From assembly GCA_044225365.1 (NCBI GenBank), contig JBGAIQ010000031.1, positions 1 to 60,254 on the forward strand: DNA of 60,254 nt, written 5' to 3'. Origin of the DNA: Planctomycetota bacterium (GTDB lineage: Bacteria > Planctomycetota > B15-G4 > JADJEK01). Under the pieces are notes generated by a model. That model saw only the letters and a list, made by a program, of their open reading frames with translations. It was not told the origin of the DNA and made no database searches. Shown in pieces: positions 8,783 through 17,004 of the stretch (within the stretch, counting starts at the first letter, position 1; every line of letters begins with the position of its first letter). The position numbers and the translations under genes were made by a program.

Positions 8783-11133
8783 TTCGCACTCCCTGGTTCG
8801 TCGTCGCCTGCTCGTTCCTCGCTTCGGCGAATCTCTCCGTTCACGCCATCGCGCAGGATGCACCGGCGGCGGGGCGGACCGAGGACGATGCGGCCGAGGT
8901 GCGCGAGCTCGAGAAGGCGCGTGAAGAATTGACGAACCTCGCTGCCGCCGCCCTCGATCCTTCCAACACGCTCTGGAGTGCTTTCTCGCGCGCGTCGCAG
9001 TTGCGGGAACGCGGGCGGTTCGTCGCCGCCGAAGCGTGGCTCGCCACGGTGTCGAAGTTCGCGGCGAGAACGCCGGCCCGAGACGTGTTCGGCTTGTACG
9101 TCGCGGGCGAGCGCATGCAGATCTGCGTGCATCGCGGGGCCCTCGACCGCGCCGCGGTGTTCCTGAACGAGGTCGTCGCTCATTTCGACGCCGTCGCCAA
9201 GGACGATCCGAACCGCGATTACGCGATCTGCTCGCGGGCTCTCTACGAGGCCGATTATCGACTCGCGGTCCTCGACTTCGACGGAACGATCGAGGTCTGT
9301 GATCGAGCGGAGAGGGAACTCGCGGGGCGGCCCATTCCGCGCGAGATGACTCGGGAATTCGAGACCCGGCGATTGGCGGCGCTCTACGCACTCGGTCGGC
9401 GCGACCCGCGTTCGAATGCGAAGCGCGCGAGCGAGGCGCTGCGGGCCGGTCTGGAGACCGAAGGTCTCGCCACCGGGGTGAGGATTCGACGCGCCGTCGA
9501 ACTCGCCACGCTCGAGTTCGCGGATTCCGACCCGGTCGCGGCTCGTTCGTCGCTCGATCTCGTGAAGCCCCTCCTCGATTCGAAGGATGGGACGGCCGCG
9601 GCGGAGCTGCGCGCATGGTGGCTCGCGGTGCGGATCCGCCTCGCACGTTTCGAAGGCGATCGCCGGGAGATCGTCGCGCTGCGCGATTCGATTCGTGACG
9701 CGTTTGCGATCGCCAAGGGCGCGCGACTCGCGGCGACGGTCGACGCGTCGTCCGATCCGGCGGGATTCCTCCACTTCGCGGAGATCCAGGAGCCGCTCTT
9801 CGAGTGGCTGAGCGCGGAACTCGCGACGCGCACCGAGGAGGAGGCGTTCGAGCAGGCGCTCGCGGCGACGAGATCGGATGCGTTTTCTTCCAGTGCGGAT
9901 TCCGCATCGGATCTACCGGACTTGCGCGAGAGGGTCATCGGCGCAAACGGTGTTCTGCTCGTGTATCTGCCGTCGCCTGAAGGTACGCATCTCTTCGCGG
10001 TCGATGCGACGAGAGTCGCGCATTTCGCACTCCCGGCGGTGACCACTTTGAAGGCGTTCCGCGACGACCTCGATCCCTATCTCGACCGGCGACTGTCCGC
10101 CGAGGAGAGGTTGCGCTTCTCGCGTGCAGCAGAAGCGGCCGGCGCCATGTTCTTTCCCATGGAACTCCGGCAGTTCCTCGCGAATCGGACTTCGATCGCG
10201 ATCAGCGCGCTCGGACAACTGCACTCGGTACCGTTCGAACTCCTTCGAGTCGATGGTGTCGTTCTGGGAGCGCGTCGCGCGGTCTTTCGCGTTCCGTCGT
10301 CGTTTCGCGCGTCGCGGGATTCGCATGACGCGCAGAGCAACCCCTGCGTCATCGACTCGCAGGAGAGGATCCGACTCGTCGCGGCGACGCGACTCACGAA
10401 CTCACAACGCATGACATTCCCTGGCTTGCCCGACCTTCCGCTCGAAGCCGAGGAGATCTTGGCGATCGGATCGGCACTTCCGGATGGCGCATTCAAGGTG
10501 TTCCTCGGAGACGATGCCGATTTCGCCGCCCTTTGCACTCCCGATTCCACGCGAGTGCTCGAGATCCTGGCGCATGGCGTTTCCGACCCGTCGGGTCTCG
10601 GATCGCAAGCAATCGTCCTCGCTCCGTCGCGTTCGCCCAGCAGCGCGAGTCGGGATGGCGACGGTCTGCTCCGCTACGAAGACATCACCAGGCTCCGCGC
10701 GCCGCCGCTCGTCGTGCTCGCGTCATGCAATGCCGGGAACGGCCCGTTCCGGGCCGGCAACGAGCACATCCTCGATCTCACGGGTGCATTCCTGCAGCAC
10801 GGAGCATCCTGCGTCGTCCTCGCGACCCGCAGGATCGAGACGGCGAGCGCCGCCTCGATGCTCGCGGCGATCGACCGACGGCTCTTTCTCGGCGACGCTC
10901 CGGCGGAAGCGTTGCGAGCCGCACGCGAGGAGCTCCTGGGACGCAGCGAGTTCGTCGATCCGGTGGACCAGGGCTTCGTCGTGATCGGAGACGGGCTACG
11001 GCCGGTGTTCGCGAGACCGCCCGCGCCGTCGAACTCCCATGGAACGCGAATCGGCACGGCGATCGCGGTGATCGTCGTGGCGATGGTTGGCGTCATCGTT
11101 CGCGCGCGCCGGCGCGCGGCCTCACGGACCTGA
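8710..11133 (+). CDS. CHAT-domain (caspase-like) protease with helical TPR-like N-half, signal peptide and C-terminal TM anchor
   Basis: LHSVPFELL, catalytic His in EILAHG (10573-10575), catalytic Cys in VVLASC (10726-10728), LTGAFLQHGA, ALRAAR. C-terminal TM followed by RARRR. Start is ATG 8710 (GGAG RBS) or CTG 8779. Confidence 0.88.
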   Translation: MDRAPQGWRRHSRHGHGARLAVSLIRTPWFVVACSFLASANLSVHAIAQDAPAAGRTEDDAAEVRELEKAREELTNLAAAALDPSNTLWSAFSRASQLRERGRFVAAEAWLATVSKFAARTPARDVFGLYVAGERMQICVHRGALDRAAVFLNEVVAHFDAVAKDDPNRDYAICSRALYEADYRLAVLDFDGTIEVCDRAERELAGRPIPREMTREFETRRLAALYALGRRDPRSNAKRASEALRAGLETEGLATGVRIRRAVELATLEFADSDPVAARSSLDLVKPLLDSKDGTAAAELRAWWLAVRIRLARFEGDRREIVALRDSIRDAFAIAKGARLAATVDASSDPAGFLHFAEIQEPLFEWLSAELATRTEEEAFEQALAATRSDAFSSSADSASDLPDLRERVIGANGVLLVYLPSPEGTHLFAVDATRVAHFALPAVTTLKAFRDDLDPYLDRRLSAEERLRFSRAAEAAGAMFFPMELRQFLANRTSIAISALGQLHSVPFELLRVDGVVLGARRAVFRVPSSFRASRDSHDAQSNPCVIDSQERIRLVAATRLTNSQRMTFPGLPDLPLEAEEILAIGSALPDGAFKVFLGDDADFAALCTPDSTRVLEILAHGVSDPSGLGSQAIVLAPSRSPSSASRDGDGLLRYEDITRLRAPPLVVLASCNAGNGPFRAGNEHILDLTGAFLQHGASCVVLATRRIETASAASMLAAIDRRLFLGDAPAEALRAAREELLGRSEFVDPVDQGFVVIGDGLRPVFARPPAPSNSHGTRIGTAIAVIVVAMVGVIVRARRRAASRT

Positions 11134-12765
11134 TCCGTTGGTCGGCGGCGTGCCGCCGAATCCTCCACCCGTTCCGCCGGGATGGGGGACCGAGCCCCCC
11201 GATCCGATGGGCGTACCGCCGAGGTGGTTCACGATCCAGGAGAGATCGAGATCGATCGTTGCGACGGGCCCACTCGCCGTCACCTGTTGTCCGCTCAGCG
11301 TGACGACGCGGGTGGAGACCCAGTAGTGATTCGTGAACGTGAACGAAACCTCGGGCAGGTCGAAGGTGGCGGACAAACCGGAGGTTGGAATACCGGAGGC
11401 GATCGGGACATCCTTCACCGCGACCGAAGTCGCTTCGATCGGGGAATTCAACGGCTGCTTCCAGATTCGAATGGCGACGTGAGTCGCACCGGGGATCGTC
11501 ACGACCGGCGCGTTGAAGTCGAGCGTGACCTGAAGCTGGTTCGCCACGGTCTGTGCATTCGAGACTTGAAGGTAGGTGACCATTTGCAGTCCCGAGTCGA
11601 CGATCGGACTGAGCACCGCCGCGAGGGATGAGATCGAGTCGTCGCCGAAGACGAGGTCGGGATCGCCGTCGTGGTCCATGTCGCCCGAGACGAGCTGGCT
11701 CACTCGGTTCGCATCGGCGCCGCCCAAGCCGTCGAGCGCCGTGAGAACCATGTTCGTCGTCATGCTCGCGCCGTTGAACATGGGGCTCGCATTCGACCCC
11801 ACGCTGAGAAAGAGATCGGGAGCGATCTTCACGTTCATCGCGAGGTCCGTGATCGCGTCCTGAGTCATGTCGTTCACGGCGAGGCTCACGCCCTGGGTGT
11901 ACATCCCGAGCGGCAGCGTCGAATCGAGGCCGGTCGCTTGGGTGGTATAGATCCACTGACCCGAGCTTTGGAGCGTCGTCAGCCCGGCGAGTCGATCGCC
12001 GGTGCTCGTCGGCAGCGCTTCGAGATCGAGGTAGTCGTCGATCGGCAACCCGGTGGTCTGCGACTGGCCGGTCGGGACGAGGCGCTCGATCCGGACGCCC
12101 GAATTGTCCGAGATCGCGATTCGCTTCGTACCGCTCTTCGTCGGGTCGACCAGGGTGGCGCGGCGCGCGACGCTCGGCAGATTGAGGGTGGGACCGGCGG
12201 TGAAGGACTGACCGGATGCGAGCAGCGTGACGACGGAGAGTCCGTTACTCGCGACTCCAACGATGTCGACGTCGCCATCACCGTCGATGTCGCCGCAGAA
12301 GATCTGTTTCGCTTGCTTCCATGCCGAGGTCGATCCGGCCAGGGTGGTCGTGACGAAGCCTGTCGCGGGAGATCCTCCGCTCAACACCTGTGCAGCGCTC
12401 CATCGCCACTGAGTGAGGCCGTTCACGCCGGTGATCAGGAGCGAGTCCGGGCCGGAGCTGGCGGGGTGAAGGGTAGCGATGTCGGTCGCCGCCTGGCCCG
12501 TCGGGATCACGACGCCGTCGAACGACAGATCGTGAATGTAGTAGGCGTACCCGCCGCGGATCACCGCTGCGTCGGTCACGAAATCCCCATCGAAATCCCC
12601 GACCGCGGTGGCCGCGAACGATGCACTACTCGATGCGGGGAACGGCGCACGAGAAGCGATGACGGGAACGACGGGAAAGGACTGGGCGAAGATGCTCCCG
12701 GCACCCGCACCGAACAGCAGGACAAGTTGGACCAGTGGAACAGGAACGGTTCGAATCGTGCGCAT
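11122..12765 (-). CDS. Secreted FG-GAP/VCBS repeat protein with a Gly/Pro-rich C-terminal tail
   Basis: AGGAG RBS, signal peptide, GDFDGD, GDIDGDGDVDIV and GDMDHDGDPDLV repeats. 3' end overlaps the CHAT gene by 12 nt. Confidence 0.85.
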   Translation of the reverse strand: MRTIRTVPVPLVQLVLLFGAGAGSIFAQSFPVVPVIASRAPFPASSSASFAATAVGDFDGDFVTDAAVIRGGYAYYIHDLSFDGVVIPTGQAATDIATLHPASSGPDSLLITGVNGLTQWRWSAAQVLSGGSPATGFVTTTLAGSTSAWKQAKQIFCGDIDGDGDVDIVGVASNGLSVVTLLASGQSFTAGPTLNLPSVARRATLVDPTKSGTKRIAISDNSGVRIERLVPTGQSQTTGLPIDDYLDLEALPTSTGDRLAGLTTLQSSGQWIYTTQATGLDSTLPLGMYTQGVSLAVNDMTQDAITDLAMNVKIAPDLFLSVGSNASPMFNGASMTTNMVLTALDGLGGADANRVSQLVSGDMDHDGDPDLVFGDDSISSLAAVLSPIVDSGLQMVTYLQVSNAQTVANQLQVTLDFNAPVVTIPGATHVAIRIWKQPLNSPIEATSVAVKDVPIASGIPTSGLSATFDLPEVSFTFTNHYWVSTRVVTLSGQQVTASGPVATIDLDLSWIVNHLGGTPIGSGGSVPHPGGTGGGFGGTPPTNGSGP

Positions 12766-13136
12766 CTCGGCATCTCCTGATTTCGGTTGCTGGGTGGGGT
12801 GAGCGCACGGCCGCTTCCACTTCGGTATCGAAGGGCTCACCGGCAATCCTCACCGATCTACGCGCGCTCGATCCTATTTGCGCGCGCAACTCGTTCGTGT
12901 CACGACCCGCATGGAGATTCTCACTCCGAGGCGATCGATATCCAATGGAAACGAAATTCTTCGAAGAGGGGCGTCTGCCCAAGTCGGGGTGCCAGGACCC
13001 TATGCTGGAATCCGTCCGCACACGGAGGCGCGAGTCACGCGAATGACACGCAAATGAGAATGGAAGCGTCCGGTCCGTTCACGAGTTCAGGCGCCCGGAT
13101 CTCGATCCACGAAGTCCGGATCCTCGTCATCGTGAG

Positions 13137-14387
13137 GTGTCGCGGGTGACGGCGCGGGAGCCGACCCTCGACGACGACGGCGCTCGGACTCCGTGCGTCC
13201 CGCGCGAGTCCCTGCCGCGGCTGTTCCTTCGCTTCCTGCGCTTCGGATTCCTCGCATTCGGCGGACCCGTCGCTCAGATCGCGATGCTGCGCGAGGAACT
13301 CGTCGAACGCGAGCGCTGGGTCGCGCCGGAGCGCTTCCACCGAGCGCTCGCCGTCTACCAGGTGCTTCCCGGTCCCGAAGCGCACGAACTCTGTTGCTGG
13401 TTCGGCATGCTCTCGCGAGGGCGGATCGGCGCCCTCCTCGCAGGCCTCGGCTTCATGCTTCCCGGCTTCGTCCTCGTCTTCGCGCTCTCCATGGCGTATC
13501 GCGAGTTCGGCCTGCTGTCGCCTACCTCCGGTGCGACCGTCGCGGCGATCTTCCTCGGGATCCAACCGGCGATCGCCGCCTTGATCGGGCGCGCGGTCCA
13601 TCGCATCGGCGTGCACGTGCTCGTCTCACCGTGGCTCGTCTGCATCGCGGTCCTCGCGTTCGCGACGCCGTTCCTCGGCGCGTCGTTCTGGTGGGCCTTC
13701 GTCTTCGGCGGAGTCGCGTTTGCCCTCCGCACGAAAGGACGCACGACCGCGGCGGTCGTCGCGCTGCTCGTGCCCGTCGCATGGATCGTACTCGCCCTAC
13801 TCTCGGAGCCCGTCGCCCAGACCTCGATTCCCGTCGCGCCGTCGGTCGCCGATCCAGGTGGCGCGTCGGCGTGGACGCTGCTCGGCTCCGGCCTTCGCGC
13901 GGGGCTCCTGACTTTCGGCGGGGCGTACACCGCGATCCCGTTCCTGCGCCACGACGCCGTCGAGGTCGGAGGATGGCTCACGCGGGGTCAGTTCATCGAT
14001 GGACTCGCGCTTTCCGGGATCCTGCCTGCTCCGCTCATCATCTTCTCGACGTTCGTCGGGTATCTCGCGGGCGGAGCGGTGGGGGCGATCGCGATGACGA
14101 CGGGCGTATTCGCACCCGCCTTCCTGTTCACGATCGTCGGTCATTCCCTGTTCGAGCGACTCATCAAGAACGAAGCGGTGCATGGTTTCCTCGACGGGGT
14201 CACCGCGGCCGTGGTCGGACTCATCGCGGCGACCTTCATCGACATCGCGCGGACCTCGCTCACGAGCGGCGCCGCGGTCGTTGTCTTCGTCCTGGCCCTC
14301 GCGACGCTCCTCCTCTGGAGTTCGCGCTTCGCGGTGCTCGCGATCGTCATCGCTTCGGGAGCGATCGGTTGGGTCGTGTTCTCTTGA
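13137..14387 (+). CDS. chrA: Chromate efflux transporter (long-chain CHR family)
   Basis: Two homologous halves with FGGP/FGGA and LPGP/LPAP motifs, multiple TM helices. Confidence 0.92.
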   Translation: MSRVTAREPTLDDDGARTPCVPRESLPRLFLRFLRFGFLAFGGPVAQIAMLREELVERERWVAPERFHRALAVYQVLPGPEAHELCCWFGMLSRGRIGALLAGLGFMLPGFVLVFALSMAYREFGLLSPTSGATVAAIFLGIQPAIAALIGRAVHRIGVHVLVSPWLVCIAVLAFATPFLGASFWWAFVFGGVAFALRTKGRTTAAVVALLVPVAWIVLALLSEPVAQTSIPVAPSVADPGGASAWTLLGSGLRAGLLTFGGAYTAIPFLRHDAVEVGGWLTRGQFIDGLALSGILPAPLIIFSTFVGYLAGGAVGAIAMTTGVFAPAFLFTIVGHSLFERLIKNEAVHGFLDGVTAAVVGLIAATFIDIARTSLTSGAAVVVFVLALATLLLWSSRFAVLAIVIASGAIGWVVFS

Positions 14388-14451
14388 TCTTGCCGCGCGT
14401 TCTGCGACGATCCTTTCATCGCGGGCGCGGGTCGAGGAGGAGGACGATGCG

Positions 14452-16911
14452 ATGAATTCGAAAGCGTACGTCGGGCTTCGGGTCCTACTCGTCGCGGTCG
14501 CATGTGTCCTCGGACGACGAGCCTTCGCGAACGACTCGCTAGAACGGCCCAAGATCATCGTCCTCGGATTCGACGGTCTCGATGCGACGCTGACGAAGCG
14601 GTGGATGGACGACGGTTCGCTCGCGAATCTCTCGCGCCTCGCGGCGAGAGGGTCTTTCTCTCCGTGCGCGACGACGAATCCAGCGATCTCGCCCGTGTCG
14701 TGGGCGAGCCTCGTGACCTCGCTGAATCCGGGAAAGATGCACATCGACGACTTCGTGCGACGAACCTTCAATCCCACGAACGGCAATCCCGGCCCCGCGC
14801 TCGAAGGCTCCCGGCGCATCATGGTCGACGCGAAGGACCTCGGGAAGTACGTCTCGCTCCGACCCCACGAGGCGGCCGTGATGTGGGCGGTGAGCCCGTC
14901 GAATCGTGGGGAGGCGTCCGCGCTCGTGGCGATCGCGTTCTTCGTGGTGCTCTTCCTCTTCCTGGGCTCGACTCTCGGGGCGCTGCCCATCGCGGTCCTC
15001 GCGGTCGGGATCGGAGTCGCGACCGACTTCGCGCTCGGCTTGTTCCCCGAGCGATACCCCGTGACGGAATCCGAGATGCGAGGTGAACGGTTCTGGGACG
15101 TCCTCGCTCGCAATGGCGTGCGATTCACGGGCACCCAGGTTCCGGGCGCGTATCCCGCGAAGGCGGAGCCCGGGGCCCGCGTCCTGACGGGGCTGTTCAC
15201 GCCCGACGTGCAGGGTGGGCCCGGTGCGTGGTCGATCTACACGAACGACGAGTTCGCCCGGTCGGAACCGGAGTACACCGAGACGGGAGGGATGAAATAC
15301 CGCATCCTCGCGGACTCGCACGGAGAGTTCGAGTCGTCCCTGCGAGGAGCAGAGGACTTCGTCGCGAGGGACCGGATCGATCGCGACCTGAAGCGCTCTT
15401 CGGAAGAGGTTCGGCGCCTCGAGGAACTGCTCCCGGATGCGAAGTCGAGCGACGAGCAAGCCCGATTGCAGGCATCGATCGATCGCGAGAAGGATCGTCA
15501 CGAGGATCTCGAGATCCGACGTGAGGGCGGGTTCGGAGGCCGTCGCAGCGCGAGCGTTTCGATGCGGATTCGTCCCGATTTCGAGAAGCGCAGAGCGACG
15601 ATCACGATCGACGGGCGTTCGCAGGAGGTCATCGAAGGGGAATGGTCGGATTACTTCCCCGTGCGCTTCCGGCTCAGCGGCGGCGAGAGCGTCGATGCGA
15701 TCCCCGCGGTGTACGTGAGCAAGTGCTCGATCGATGCCGACGGCGTTCCGCGGCTCGTGCTCTTCGTCCCGCCGATCTCGATCTCTCCGAAGGACCCGCC
15801 TGTCTACGTGCCGCTCTCGAGCCCGCGCGATTTCGTCAGCGATCTGGCGAACGACATCGGTCTCTTCGAGACCATCGGTTGGGCCTCCTGGACGAACGCG
15901 CTGAAGGACGGCGAGATCGACGACGCATGCTTCCTGTCGGGAATTCGGAGGACCCTGACGTGGCGGACGAAGCAGCTCGAGCACGAACTCGCGCGTCACG
16001 ACTTCGACGTCCTCTTCCACGTCGAGTCGATCCCCGATCGCGTTGCGCACATGGTCTATCGCTTCCTCGATCCGCAGCATCCCATGTACGACGCGCACAC
16101 GTCCGACGGGCGCAAAGTGCGCGACCTCCCGATCGATCTCTTCGGCCGGCAGGGCCGGATCCAGGACGCGCTCCACGCCACCTACGTCGAGGTCGATCGG
16201 ATCGTCGGCTCCGTGCTCGATCGGATCGATGCGGGAGAGTTCGGCGCGAACGCGACGCTCATCGTCGTCTCCGATCACGGATTCGCGTCGTTTCGATCCG
16301 GAGTGAATCTGAACGAATGGCTGTTGCGGAGCGGTTATCTCGTGACCACCGGCGAGCCATCCTTCGGTATCTCGATGGACGGGATCGATTGGTCGAAGAC
16401 ACGGGCCTACTCCCTCGGGCTCGGCAAGATCTACCTCAATCTCGAGGGGCGAGAGCCGCACGGCATCGTCGCGCCGGCCGAGGCCGCGAAGTGGAAGGCC
16501 GAGATCCAGCAGCGTCTCGAGGCGTTCACCGATCCGCGGCAGGGTCACGCGGGCGTCCACCCGATCCTGCGGGTCTACGACGCGAGCAAGATCTACTCCG
16601 GTCCGTTCGTCGCGGAGGGTCCCGATCTCATCGTCGGATTCGATCGCGGATATCGGGTCTCGTGGCAGACCGCGCTCGGCGGCCTGGAGCCCGATACGCG
16701 CGGCGATTTCGGCGTCGGGTCGAATCCGTCGCCGTGGTCGGGCGACCACTGCAGTGTCGATCCGTCCCTGGTGAAAGGCGTCTTCTTCAGCAACAGGAAG
16801 CGAACCACCGCGAGCGAACCGTCGGTGCTCGACATCGCTCCGACCATCCTGACGCTGTGCGGCGTCGCTCGACCCGAGGAATGGGATGGAACTCCGATCC
16901 AACTGCGTTGA
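14452..16911 (+). CDS. Alkaline phosphatase superfamily / type I phosphodiesterase-like protein with an inserted TM hairpin
   Basis: GAGGAGGAGG RBS, signal peptide, VLGFDG, PAISPVSW nucleophile loop, DRVAH, VSDHGF, WSGDH, DIAPTIL. Confidence 0.88.
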   Translation: MNSKAYVGLRVLLVAVACVLGRRAFANDSLERPKIIVLGFDGLDATLTKRWMDDGSLANLSRLAARGSFSPCATTNPAISPVSWASLVTSLNPGKMHIDDFVRRTFNPTNGNPGPALEGSRRIMVDAKDLGKYVSLRPHEAAVMWAVSPSNRGEASALVAIAFFVVLFLFLGSTLGALPIAVLAVGIGVATDFALGLFPERYPVTESEMRGERFWDVLARNGVRFTGTQVPGAYPAKAEPGARVLTGLFTPDVQGGPGAWSIYTNDEFARSEPEYTETGGMKYRILADSHGEFESSLRGAEDFVARDRIDRDLKRSSEEVRRLEELLPDAKSSDEQARLQASIDREKDRHEDLEIRREGGFGGRRSASVSMRIRPDFEKRRATITIDGRSQEVIEGEWSDYFPVRFRLSGGESVDAIPAVYVSKCSIDADGVPRLVLFVPPISISPKDPPVYVPLSSPRDFVSDLANDIGLFETIGWASWTNALKDGEIDDACFLSGIRRTLTWRTKQLEHELARHDFDVLFHVESIPDRVAHMVYRFLDPQHPMYDAHTSDGRKVRDLPIDLFGRQGRIQDALHATYVEVDRIVGSVLDRIDAGEFGANATLIVVSDHGFASFRSGVNLNEWLLRSGYLVTTGEPSFGISMDGIDWSKTRAYSLGLGKIYLNLEGREPHGIVAPAEAAKWKAEIQQRLEAFTDPRQGHAGVHPILRVYDASKIYSGPFVAEGPDLIVGFDRGYRVSWQTALGGLEPDTRGDFGVGSNPSPWSGDHCSVDPSLVKGVFFSNRKRTTASEPSVLDIAPTILTLCGVARPEEWDGTPIQLR

Positions 16912-16937
16912 CGGACCTTGGCGATCGTGACGAAGCA

Positions 16938-16974
16938 GCGGGCCCGAGATCGAGTGAATCGATCCCGGGCCCGC
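16938..16974. terminator. Long hairpin between convergent genes
   Basis: GCGGGCCCG-A-GATCGA-gtgaa-TCGATC-C-CGGGCCCGC. Confidence 0.5.
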
Positions 16975-17004
16975 ACCGTTCTCCGGCTCTTCATTCCCGC
17001 GTCG

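Noticed and set aside
7512-11133. Type III-E CRISPR Craspase locus
   Set aside because: No Cas7-11, Csx31 or array is present. The CHAT protein is predicted exported and membrane-anchored. Used only as an analogy.
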